Below are positions 1 through 25,761 of a stretch of DNA of 64,000 nt, piece after piece (positions within the stretch are counted from its first letter, which is position 1; the number at the start of each line of letters is the position of its first letter). The position numbers and the translations under genes were made by a program. The notes beneath the pieces were generated by a model that made no database searches, was not told the origin of the DNA, and saw only the letters and a list, made by a program, of their open reading frames with translations. Origin of the DNA: Trichoplax sp. H2 (lineage: Eukaryota); the NCBI GenBank assembly GCA_003344405.1, contig NOWV01000003.1:1240001-1304000 (forward strand), read 5' to 3'.

Positions 1-31
1 TCGATATTGACACGTTATCTTCTGTTTCTAG

Positions 32-2988
32 TTGAATGTCCAGAAGGTTGTATCGAAGGAGGACATGGAGCATGTATTGTACCCAATAAATGCAGGTAAA
101 GGATTTAAAATACAAGTTTCTTGTAAGAGCAATACTAGATGTCCTAGTCCCATTATTTAGTCTACTAACTCTATATCTTTAAACAGAATAACGACCACCT
201 ATAGCAAGAGTAGTTTTTTTTCTAATTATTGGATTGATGTAATAAAATTATAGTTGTGGTGCGGGATGGACTGGGCCGACATGCCAACAATGTATCCCAG
301 ATCCTAACTGTGTTCATGGTTCTTGCCAAAAGCCGAACGATTGTGATTGTGATGCTGGTTGGGGAGGCGTTTACTGCGATAAAGGTAAGGGAATGATACA
401 CATAGATAACAAATGTAATCAAAGCCATATGCTCAAATTTATGATAAATTTATGTAAATTTTTTATAGATAAAAATTTCTGTCAAAATCATTCACCATGC
501 CATAATGGAGCAACATGTAGTAATACTTCACCAGGAAACTACTCTTGTATGTGTCCTCCGGGATTTACTGGACGAGACTGTGAAACAAGTAAGTCTACCT
601 ATTTGCATAATTAAAAAATTGGCACTTAACTGTTAAATCTAATAATACGGCACTACTATCAATTATTATTTATGAAATGCGAAAGTAAGATTTGGTTTAT
701 TGCTTGTTACAGATATTAATGACTGTCTTTCCCATGAATGTACAAATAACGCTAAATGTGTGGTAAGACGACTAATGTAAATCGTTAAATTTTAAGCTTA
801 ACCCGTGAATTGAATTTGCCTTACATTGCTATCCGCTATAAATCGGTTATAAATGGTTATTGTACTGTATTTTATAAATATATAATTATTTCGATAGGAT
901 CTAGTTGATGGGTATCGATGTGAATGTCCATCGGGTTTTGAAGGCATGTTATGCCAGATCAATATCGATGAATGCGTAAATAATACCTGTAAAAATGGTG
1001 CAAGCTGTATAGATGGCATTGGTGAATATTCATGCAAATGTCGAACAGGTTTTACTGGAGACTATTGCGAGACTGAAATAAACGAATGTAAATCAAATCC
1101 TTGCCGAAACGGTAAATGAAAATATCTCTACGTACAATTTTAGCAATCGAATTAGAGATTGGATTTTATTTCTGCTTCGAGTATAGTCGAGCTACGAAAA
1201 GTTAACATCACATATTTTACCGTATATTATCTCTTCTTAGGTGGTAACTGTACCGACTTATTAGGAGACTTTAAATGTGATTGCCAAACCGGATTGACTG
1301 GTAAACGCTGTGAAGTTAATATTAATGAATGTGCAAGCCATCCCTGTCAAAATGGTGCAAGCTGTCATGACGGTCTCAGCAGCTATTACTGTCAATGCCT
1401 CAGTGGCTTTACTGGCGACTTATGTCAGACTAATATTAATGATTGTACTGAAGAAATTAACTGCTTAAATGGAGGCCAATGCGTGGACTTAATTAATGAT
1501 TATGAATGCAATTGTACCGATGATTACTATGGAAATATATGCGAATTACAACGTGTTAATGGATTATGTGCAACAGTTACATGCCACAATGGTGGTGTTT
1601 GCCGTGAATTTAATTCAAATGGCTACAAATGCGAGTGTGCAACGGATTTTACTGGATCCAATTGCGAGACTAATATCGATCAATGTCAGTCGCAACCTTG
1701 TGCTAATGGTGGTACATGCATTGATGCTATTGATGATTATGACTGTACATGTATGCCTGGCTTTAGCGGTAAGAATTGTAATTATTCTATTTATTCATCG
1801 GCGCCGCCAACAACTCAAATATCTACAATAGGTAAGGCTACTTATTTTTCATAATTTTAAACAGATTATAAATCTACGCAAAAACCTCAAACTGGTGGCT
1901 TTGCCTATTTCCATAATTGACATATTTTAACACATGCTTAAATTGTAGAAACGGACTCAAAAGCAATTACTGAAACTATAACTACTACTATTGATGATTC
2001 ACCAAGTTCTGGAGCAGCGACAAATGGTAAGAGATCCAAGGAATATCTTGATTTAATATTTGAAAAAATTAACTGGATAATAGTAGGAGATATGTATACC
2101 AATTTAAAAATTAATGCCACTTCTGGTTAATTATACTAGAAGGCAATAGTTTGCTAATACCAATATTAGCATCTGCTGGTGGTGCTGCTTTACTGCTAAT
2201 AGTCGTGGTAATCATTCTATTTAAATGTCGCCCGCATCGCAAAAGAACTTTAGAAAAAGTAGCTAAGCCAAAAGATGATAACCAAAATTTTGTCACCGAA
2301 AATTTTGTAAAAGTTATTTCGAATAATACTGGTGCCGCTGTGCAGCCCAATCAACTTGGACCGGAAAAAATCTATGCTAAGCAAAACTGTGATAAGCTCA
2401 ATAACAGCAGTGCTAAATTAAAAAGGTAGCCGATATAATCCAGGGTTTTTCTCTCCATATTAAAGCAATAAAAAGATTTTTATATCATTGATATTAGATT
2501 GATGCTAAACGCTAGTTATTAATATAGCTATTATTATAAATTTAATAATTTTTTTTGTTTTTATCAATAGCAAAAGCGAAAGCTCAACAAGCATTGCTAG
2601 TAATAATAAACTGGGGAAAGATAGCGATATAACAATCTATCGTAACCAAAGTGTAAGTAGTTGTGGTAGCAGCATGACCAAGAATATAGGTCCAGATGAA
2701 ATCAGTTTACATGACGTAGAATTAGAAGAAAATAGAAAAGCTAAGAAAATATTGGAAGGTGACGATGACAGTTTGAAAAATTATCATCCCAAAACTGTTG
2801 ATTGCGTAGTCGATTTTGATGGGATACAATGCACAACAACAATTTTGCCTAATGAAAATTATTCATCGCAACGTCCTGCAAGACAATGGTTTAGACAGCC
2901 TGATTTTGTTACGTTACCAACTTCTACTAATCGAGATGAAAATGGAACCTTTTCAGTTAATAAAGTAAAGAAAAATAAGAATCGATAG
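32..2988 (+). CDS. Delta: Delta-like Notch ligand, 5'-partial (DOS motif + EGF repeats + TM + cytoplasmic tail). Exons 32-95, 254-384, 469-588, 713-762, 898-1111, 1241-1831, 1949-2026, 2140-2425, 2571-2988
   Basis: Spliced translation begins [65 protein letters not shown], the two short atypical EGFs (DOS motif) typical of Delta/Serrate ligands. Eight further EGF repeats follow, then a Ser/Thr linker, a hydrophobic TM ([24 protein letters not shown]) with basic stop-transfer KCRPHRKR, and a tail ending at TAG 2986-2988. All introns are GT-AG and in phase. The DSL domain is presumably upstream of the window. Confidence 0.85.
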
Positions 2989-5900
2989 TGTATAAATAGG
3001 TGCTATATATTGCTTTATCCTGCACGATTGGATGGACTTAAAATTTCTTATTTTACTTCAAATTGGCCTACAGAAAATAAATACTGCCTTAAATAATAAG
3101 ATACAGAAAAATTAAGATGGAACAAATATATATATATATACTGAAGCCCTCAAGATTACCAATTAAAGATTAAAAATCTATAAATCTATGCTTCCTATCG
3201 ATTCTTTCAATATTAATTGAGCTTTTGTTTGCACATTAAGCTGTTAACCGATACTAAGATATCTTGGAAGACTTAAACAAGCCATCATGAAAATATTGAA
3301 TACAATACATAAAGAATTTACAATCAACATTATATAAGTATCGACCATTGCAAAATCAAAGTTTAGATTAATAACAAGCTATAATTACTTTACATTAGCT
3401 TTATGTCGTCCTCAAGACACTTAAATCAACATCTAACGCGTAATCGTACTGAAAAGAAATGGATGTATTACTCAATTGCCTTCAAGTATAAACAACATCA
3501 TATATACTTTTCAACACCGATTTTATAGAAGTATTTTGGATTAACAGTACTTATTCGATATACTCTCTTTTCTTTTAAGCTGTTCCTATAATTTTAAATA
3601 TGTTTTTCTTTCTTTCTTATACAATATCATACTTATTTCAGTACATACTGTATCTGTATATAACTGTGAAGTACTGTATGAAGTTTATAACGAGCAAATG
3701 ATCGTATTTCTTTCGCCTTAGGTAATTTTACACACTCATATTTCCTTCTGCTTTGGATCATTTTATTATGATGATTACCACGTAGGGCTATAATAATTTT
3801 GACTCCTATGACCACTTCATGAGTAATTAATTGATGCAGGGCTATATATTGGAACTGCTATGCTATCAAGTTATTATAGTAACTTAAGTTTGACATAGAT
3901 AGCGTCTATCTTCTTCTATATAAAGCAATATTAGATAATAAGTCTTAATAATATATTATGTTAGAAGTCATATACATATTTATGAAAGCTATCATATTGC
4001 TGTTTTAACAGTTCGTTCATCTGTACTTGATCTAAGCTGATCTTGATTATTCTATGACAAGAAAAATATTGATGCGACGGTAGTAATCTTGTCTTTACCC
4101 TTACTGATGCTATAAAATACCTTAATTAAGTTTAATTAATAACCAAATTGACTGAAATGTTTATTTGATCTTTTGACTTCGGACGAATGGATAGAACATG
4201 CGCCCACAAAATTTTTTCTTATCTTCTATAAGTGGGCTAGACGATTAGTTGAATTAATGAAATAATTTTTCACTTAATCCCTTCATTTAATTTTTATTCC
4301 CTTTTAATTGGTAGCGAAGCACTTTTATGATGCTAAATCTGATCAGATCATGTCTATTACTCGATCTGCATTTTATTATCATAATTTAACGAGCAATTTG
4401 TTCTATTGTACTTTTTGCACATTTACTTGATGTCTTATAAAGACCATAAGTTTAAAATAGATGACATAACTTAATAATAATTACGATAATAGCTATCCCA
4501 TTGTAAATCCTTATAATCAGTAGTCTTGAAGCCATTCACGTTGGTAATGACTTTTCCGACAACTAATTCATTATTGCGTTAAACTTGATTTATATTTATA
4601 TTATGGTTTAATCTCAGGCAGAATCAAGCAACTCTATAAATCTTAGTAATGTAACAAATAAGATATCAACATTTGTTAATTTATGATTACTAGCTATCAG
4701 TTAGCATCTATTATATTGAAATTCTTGTATTAAATTGATGTTATAGGTTAATTTTCGTATTTAAATGTAAATAAGTATATCTAGAATGATATAGATATAG
4801 GTATACAAGTTATAGGGACGTAAACATCGATGACTTAAAAACTGTAAGCATCACACTTAATAATACCAGATAGAAACTATCTCTAGCCGTGATAAAATGA
4901 TGCAATTGATTTAATACGGCTGTATTTGCACTTTCCTCTACTATGATATCGTATATGGTGATATTGACTGAACTAGATAAGATTAAGTTCTATCAATAGC
5001 TATAAATGATACTTATGATTGACTTTCCAATAGCAGGAATGGCAGTAGAAAATGATACCTACTCATGTAGTAACGATTGGTGCTTCTAGTTTACAATGCG
5101 TTTTACACCTAAAATTTTTTGAAAGGTCACCTTTATTGATTATTTAAGTCATCAATGGCGCAAGTTTTATTAATAATGATAATTACAAAACCAGTGCTGC
5201 CATTCTTTCAATATGTTGTACAATTGTCAAATATGATTCTAGAGTAGGTCCGTGGCTATTAGACGAAAATTGTAATGAATATTTTTATATATGTATACGT
5301 TTAAATGCAACTTTAGGATTAATCGCTGCAACATTGAATAAAAATCTCTGCAACCAAACGTTTAACTTGACTAAATATTCTCTCTGGCTTATCCCACCCA
5401 CCCTAACGAGCAGCGCGGGGGTATTTATACTACTGTTAGATGACTCTGATTATGGGTTCATTTCAATAGGTCAGTATAAGATTCTTACAGGACGTTTTAC
5501 CTCAAGATTTCTTCATGTAAAACGAATAGCGTCTAAGGTAGCAATTTCTGCAGAGTACTGATTTTTAAAATAGTATTCGTTATATCGCTAAGGGTGGCCA
5601 CTGGGCCTTTCAATTTTGATTTGATGTAATACTCTGATGAAAATTGAATAAACATAGAATCTTTATAGAGTTTCCTACACAGCCATTTTGATTGTGACAT
5701 TTTCTTATAACAGCAGTTATCGACAGAGCAAGCTTTGCTTGCATACGCAAGCGTTCCTTAAACACACTATAATGATTGGTATAGAATTGACCACATTACT
5801 AAGGACATTGTACCGCACTGTCGATATCTTACAGTAACTGCTAATCTTAACTTGGTATGTCCATCACCGTACATTAATTATCATAATGTGCTTTGGACCA

Positions 5901-7984
5901 TTAACTAATCTTAATATAGCATTTCATCAGTGAATGTATTATTGAAAAGTAATATTCTACAAGCATAGCTGTGAATATAGTAGTACCTGGCTATTACCGG
6001 GATATATATAACGTCGAATAGTAATACTATCTGTTAATTATTAACAAATGGGTACATTATCGCAAAAAGTCAGCAAAGCGACGTGAGTTTGTACTAGTAT
6101 CTATGATTTCTAGAAAGCGTTGTCTAAGATACAGTGATAAACAGCTAAATACTGCAAAATGCAGTATGGAGTAGATCACCAAATTTAAAGTTTAATTCTT
6201 TGTTTGGTGAATGAAATTACATGCTTTTAGTAGGAATTACTGTAGCAATGATTGTGTTACAACAGATTTTAGGTTATACCGGAACTTGTAGATGAGATTA
6301 TTTGATTACAGTGCGCACCTTTAAGACTGTAATTCCACCTAATAGTATACCATTAATGATTCGTGAATTCATGGGAAATGTGAAAGCTTGCGATACTATT
6401 ACTTGCAACTGTTGCCGAAGAGCACTTAAGCCTAGTAGGTTGCACAATAATATTCGGTCGTTTAATTTCTAACCTATACACGTAGTTAGTTAACTAACGT
6501 AAAATCAAAGACATTTAGGTCAGTGTGAAAAATTTAATTTAGGTGTACAATCAATTCCAATAGTATCATGAAATTATAGATTTATTCCTACGTTATTGGT
6601 TTCTACATTATTCTTGTTGTAAAAAATGGTTTATAACAAGGAATTTCTTTGATTAGTTTATCTAAATTTGTACTCTATATTGCATAGTTCTTCAATTACA
6701 AACTTTTCTAATGCTAAATACTGTGGTAATCACTCCTATTCTCTGTTTAATACAGAGTGAGGGCCTTTATAGCTAGCTGTCATTGCCATCAATTATGGCT
6801 CATATTAATTCGTACTAGCTTAATGTCCAGTTGCTTCGCTAATAGAGATATCACAGTTCATAGGCTGCTGAATGCAGAATTGCAACATTGTACTTTTGGG
6901 TAATTATCTAATGTTAACCATTGCATAACTCGCATATTTACAGGAAAAATATAAGCAGCATTATGAGTCAAAGTCCACAGCAACGCGATACGTTACAGGA
7001 CTAGTGCCACTTGTAAAGTTCAGTAGACTAGTTGTTGATATTATAGTCTGGTGCTAAGGGTTTTAGTAAGAAAGTAGCTTGAAGAATCCTAGGTAAGTAA
7101 GGAGAATTCTACAAGCGACTGCTCGTACAAATTTTGCATAGTAAATTGTAACCCCGTGAATCGAATATTATACTAACGGTATTAATTCTGACATACGAGT
7201 AGCTTAAACAATATAGCCATTTTTTTACTTTTATTACTATGCTATAGGGCCATAGCATTCATATCCATAAAGTAGAAGCCGATTTTTTGTAATTGCATCA
7301 CGTCCAAACGGAGAGTGGGAGGTGAAAATTATGCTTACCTTCGGAATAAGCATTAAGTGTAGATGGTCCTCGTCGACTTTAAAATGGCGAAAGAACTTTG
7401 ATAAAAATATTTCAACCTCTAAACCATTAAACTGTATGGTGGAGCACTTTCGCCTACCGTTACCTACTTTCGAACATACTTTCAAATGACGCGATTAACC
7501 GTGCGCAACGCACGAGTCAACAGTGACTTGTTTATGATTTCATTACCACGCTGGTAAACTCCAAAATGGACAGAGCCTAATTATTACAGAGTGAAGAAGT
7601 TTCCCGGCGAAGCAAAGGCCTCTGCTGCCAAGTGTAATAATATCTTCTTTAAGTAGCGTAAAGTATTTTAAGGTAAACGATGATAGAAGGTATAAAGGAT
7701 TTTATTGAGATATAAGTTATAGGCTAACAATGATATGGTTATTATAGATAAGGTATTTGAGATAGCAGGAATGTAGGAACTGACTAACGAGTTAGCTTAC
7801 AAGGGTATTTATAGGTTTTAGATGAGATTGAGATAATGTCTTTATATGTATAGCATGTCGTCTATATGTCGCCATGATGTACATTATGAATGTAATGCAA
7901 TACAGTACTTAAATGGTATATGATAAGTATTCGTATATTAGGATATTACTATACTAGGCATCTTCTATATAAGATCATAATGTT

Positions 7985-8666
7985 ACATGCAAAGGAGACA
8001 AAGTCAAGCTCGAACCTCCTGATGCCTTGAAGACTTTCCTCACAGGCGATTCATCAGATGCAAAGCATTTTTGAGAAAACATTTGGAAGGACAACTCGGC
8101 CTTTATGTTCGCGAGCTTCGGATACGACAAGGACCTCACCAATCGCAGGTTCTTCTCCGCCTTCGAACTTCAGGGCCAAGTAAATCACCGTATTGGGGGT
8201 CTTCGACTCATTCCGAACGAAGAATTAATTTATATCCAAGTCTACTTTATTGATGGGGTCAGAGAAGCTATGCTAATCAAAGGTGCGCCCTGAACAAAGG
8301 AGTCAAGCAGAACAATATTCTCGATCTTCAGGAGATGCTGCACTCCACTCACACATACGTGGAAAGCTTCAAGTCCGCTCTGGAGAACATGGATTCGCCC
8401 GAATACCGAATTGTAATTGATGCCTTCAAGAGACCATATACTGAGCACCACCGATAAACGAGGTTGCTTTAATCATGGTCGGAGAAGCGAACGGAACGCG
8501 CGACGATCAACTCATTTACGCATATGCGGCTAATAAAATAGTATGTATTGTATAATTGAATCATAAAGTGCGAATTTAGGGCGTGTATACAGATATTTTG
8601 CGTGAAGTAATAGACTAACACGTTTAGTGTAGAAAAGCCCGGCTACGCTGGGTTTACTCTGGCTAA
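7985..8666 (+). mobile_element. Degenerate, internally deleted Helitron: fragment of the Rep/Hel N-terminal region plus 3' hairpin terminus
   Basis: Translation across a stop (TGA 8072-8074) and two frameshifts gives CKGDKVKLEPPDALKTFLTGDSSDAKHF*ENIWKDNSAFMFASFG...FELQGQVNHRIGGL...IQVYFID / QRCALNKGVKQNNILDLQEMLHSTHTYVESFKSALENMDSPEYRIVIDAFKRPYTEH / EVALIMVGEANGTRD. This matches the Helitron N-terminal motifs as I recall them (F..NIR.YNSAF..TSFG; F.IQGQVYHRIG; LQ.MLH.HN.YV..FK; EVA.....RD). A hairpin aagcccggc-tac-gctgggttt (8635-8655) is followed by CTAA|T (8663-8667), a CTRR end. Confidence 0.85.
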
Positions 8667-9768
8667 TAATCTATAAGTGAACGTTGAAAGTTTAATGATT
8701 TAAGAGCCTAACAGAACTTCTGATAATTCTATTACAACGTTCACGGGGTAAGTGGTATTTGATGAGTACTTCAAAATGTTCAATTACTGTCTATCAATTT
8801 CGTTATTAGCTCAGTTTTTAAATTAAGATGCATGGATATCAAACATTTCTGATCAATGAAAAGTATGTAGTGGTTATCCAACTTATCCTCTTAAGCTACG
8901 ATCGTAGTGTTGATAAGACTGCTTCTTTAAAGAGATATAGTATTTGTAATACCTTGACTACAGCAGTAAGAAAATTCAGCTGGTAGAGAATAATGATTAT
9001 AAGTCAAGAAGAATGTTGGTACGATATTATGTTTGTCAATCCATTTACTTAATTAAAACCCATTGATGAATGTTACATACATAAATTACTTATGAATGCT
9101 GATATAATCTTCAGTAATACTGCAATGTAAGGAAATTAATACGTGAACTTTAAAAGTCACAAGTCTGCAATCACGATAAAATTAATTCATGTTCTATGAC
9201 AAATGGATGATATCCTATTTCTCTTTCATTTACAACGGCTTTACGTATATATATATAATACAGTGGCATTAATTGAGTTCGGTAATGATTAGTAAAACTA
9301 GTCTGGTAATCAAATTTCATATTTTTTTATCATCAGTTGTCTTGTCGTAGAGCGGGCAGGGTTAAACCAATTTATAACCATAATCTAGGGTATTTTTATC
9401 GCTAACATGATCGAAATAATGCTTGCTTTATAATTTGCTGTAAATTGAATAACAAATAATTAATATAATCAGTAAGAACGACGGTAACCACTATAGTAGA
9501 TGAGATCATAATAGGAATTATTAGGTACACTAGTATGCGATAAATAATTAAGGAAATGCTTAAAATTTCTTATTATAAACTGGTTATACAATGTTACAAT
9601 AAAATATCCACTCGCAATTTAGCAGTTAAACATAATTGCACCGGGTCCTCCATCTAAAATTTAGTACTAATAATTCCCTATAAATCACAATAGAATATAC
9701 GCGAAGTATGATTTAACTATTATTAAGGGGTTCTGAAAAATTGTGATTATTCATTAAGTCAGCTATCG

Positions 9769-22570
<12,802 letters not shown>

Positions 22571-25339
22571 GATGTTTAATTTAAAGTCTTAATCGGAACT
22601 TTCCTTTTTCCACTCAATAGCAAGATCGAGGGTGATATGACGTTCTTATTAACTATTTCTTGATCACAACTAAAAAGTAATTCTAATTGATACTAGTTCA
22701 AGGAAGATTTAGGAAGTAAATTTTCAGCCAAAATATAGCGATTTAAAGGATCTAGGCGATGAAAATATAAACAGTAATATCAGCAAGGCAGCGGCTTTTA
22801 ATAAAAATTCATACAACATTTAATTCATTGGTTTAGGTATTTAGTAATCTTGACGTTTTAGACTGGAGAATTCAGGATTCTACGTGCGTGTACTCTCATA
22901 TGTAGGCAGACTATATAGACAATGGATAGTGCGGTTACAAATCTAATATTTTCGATAATATTAATGGTTTGGATCTTGTCTTCATAAAGTATCAAAAACA
23001 ATCATAGTAATCAGTTTCAATTGGGTTTAAAAGATATGCGAGACTTCCTCACGTTTAACTAATCGATGTGCGTATAATCTTGCTCTCATCACTCTGATCA
23101 ATAAGCAAATGTTATCTTATTGTTGTACTAAATGTTTGTCTTTTCTTCTTCTTCTTATTATGTCAACTTGACTTCCTTGTACTTCTTTGAAATTCAAGTC
23201 GCCACTTGAATTCGAGTCAATTATAGCAAATGTAAGTTAGAAGAAAGTGAGAAATCGTCAATAATAGAGAAAATTTTATATACACTAGTCAATTGATTGC
23301 ATGGCACACTGCAAAACGAATTGGTTTTAAACATTCTAAAACGCTAATAATAGAATAGTTATAATACTTAGTTTCTAAAATGTAAAGAGAAAAAAGTGTT
23401 GAAACTGATTTTTGTGTTGCATGTAAAATTAATCAGGTAAAAAGTGAATTTTTGCATTACTACTCGTATAAAAGATAAAGATATGAATCTATTTTTAAAT
23501 CGAATGATCGATTACAGTATGGTTACTCCGTTATTACCTTTCAATACTTTCGGTGAAGGCATGGAAAATAAAGCGTTCAAATAAGTTCATAGATCACTAA
23601 AATAACGATACACAGAATCTAAACTCAGTTATGATCTTAAATGCGAGGTGTAATCGATTTTTATCGTCATTTCTAGAGTCAATGCTTGAAAGACTGGGCT
23701 GAAATGAATGTTGGTTTCTTAGCAATAACAATTCGAATTATCTAATCTATTATGCACTGTATTAGAAAATAGATTAGATCTCTCGCATAGTGAGTACATT
23801 TGATGAAGAAATTGTGAATGTAGGAGCGACTTACCGTTGTATCTTTTAATAACAATAATCTTCTAAGAGTAATTCAATTATTAATAGATGGTATCATCAA
23901 CAATTGTACCAGCACTGAAGTTATAAAGTAGAATTTGTTCTCTTTTTCATAGCACATTTACTCAGTCCGCAATTGAGTCTACTACACTTTAAGATATTTT
24001 AGTAACACGTATACTGGTTGTGCAACGCTTTAAACCATGGGCAGAAAGCCCGCTGTGATACGGTGAAAATAACAATGATTATGTACACAGTCTAATTTGG
24101 TATCACCCTTTCTATTGGTCTATTAAGTGGTATTTGTAACAATAGAACAAGAAGTTCAATTAAGAACTACTACTGTACTGTATAAATTCTTTTCCATGAC
24201 AATACTGTATCAGTTGTACTGACGTTGTTATAATTTTACAATCCTCTTGAATTGCTGATAAAAAATTCATCTTATAAGTGAAGGACGTTCCTTCTAATGA
24301 CTAAGATATAATACATCCAGATGAATAAGGCATTGTCTAATATTGTATTTCGATTCAATACTGTATGAAGTTTTAGAAATATTCTATTGTTATGCTACAC
24401 CATATTTACTGTATTGTATGGCGTATCACACATTATTACAGCGAGTAATTATTATTGATCAAAATTGTTATCACTGTATAGAAAATGCTAGGCATAGTAA
24501 GAGTCTAAATTTAAGTATTGACTTTATTAGCATGTATCATAGACTAGTTAAGTATGAGTTAATTTAAGGTATCTGCGCCTTGTTGCTGTCGATGTCATTC
24601 TATAAATGTAACAGTGGTGCCATATGAGTAAATATAGAAATAAACTGCTATGATATAAGATTGTATGTATGCTCTAAAAATGAATTATCTCGTCACATTG
24701 CACTGGTTAGATCAGCACTTAGAAATTTATATGGTAGACATTGGCCAATTTTTAAGTCTAGTCTAATGATCCTATACATATCCAACTCTCTCTGAATTCT
24801 TAGTAAATAAAAATATAATCGCTGCCAGCATCTGCAATTTTTTTTACATTTTTGCGGGGCTTAACTTTCAATTATAAAAGTTTTAAACATTAAATATAGT
24901 ATTTTATTGTAGGCGTTTGTTTCAGTCAAAGAGTGTGAAAGCGAAAGGTTTGGTTAATGCTGTCGTTCTGTAAGTCAGATTCTCTCCCGCTCTCATTAAA
25001 GTTTATTTTGAACTGTGATGTATTAAACATCTCTCATAATTTAATTTAAATCAAATTCTAAACGTGCCTTGTAATTTCAAGATGATGTGACGTTGAAATT
25101 AGATGTCAGTAATACGCCTCAGCCACTATATACAGTACATACGCGTACGTTGTATATTATATCGCGTGTGATTTGCGACATTAGGATAATCATGCTGGAA
25201 AAGGGTAGATGTATCAAGGTAGCCGTTAAACACAAAAATCCACTTCATTCATAATAGTATTATCGGTATGTTCAATCATTTAATACTCATAAGTAAGAAA
25301 GCCTTCCACACTGTATAGAGAACTGGCTCACACCGTTAC

Positions 25340-25700
25340 TTTGGCCAATGAAACTATACAGTACGACGTACTGTGCACTGTACTGTACAGTACAGTACTG
25401 TAGACAAAGTGAGTTCGTAAGAACTGTACAGTATTAAGTCGGCCTACAAAGTAAGTCGGGACCGGATCGAATCTGTCAATTTGGTCGAAATCCAATTTAT
25501 CTGCTGTGCAGTGTACTGTATTATGTACAGTACTGTACTGTACATAGTACAGACAGTACAGTTCAGTACAGTACACTGAGTACAGTACAGTACAGGTGTA
25601 CAGTACTTAGCGCAGCACAATGTACTGTACTGTACTGTACTTTATTTTTTAAAGATTATGCTCTGTGCTAGACTGTGTGCAGTACTGTACTGTACATTGG
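25340..25700. repeat. Degenerate (CAGTA)n/(TACTG)n pentamer tract upstream of SRD5A
   Basis: Runs such as tacagtacagtacag and tgtactgtactgtactgtac in both orientations, ending about 60 bp before the SRD5A ATG. Confidence 0.85.
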
Positions 25701-25761
25701 ACACTGGATAGTTGATACGAATCATACGATGCCGTCAGTGAGTTGAAAAGAATCTGCCATC

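Noticed and set aside
222..2350. Antisense and alternate-frame ORFs over the Delta-like gene (222-428, 798-1037, 1496-1831, 1938-2120, 2111-2350)
   Set aside because: Shadows of real EGF/TM exons; no independent protein features.
32..2988. Calling the gene Notch or Jagged/Serrate
   Set aside because: No LNR or ankyrin repeats, and no cysteine-rich vWC-like domain before the TM.
5334..5610. 75-aa ORF and GC-rich patches (cagcgcggggg; taagggtggccac) resembling TE termini
   Set aside because: No partner end, TSD or recognisable protein.
7237..7485. 82-aa minus-strand ORF with a donor-like gtaagc
   Set aside because: No recognisable homology or compatible neighbouring exons; probably internal TE sequence.
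25328..25576. ORFs rich in Y/C/T/V/S here and at 33700-34072
   Set aside because: Translations of the CAGTA/TACTG repeats. The tracts also lack a repeat-spacer structure, so they are not CRISPR arrays.
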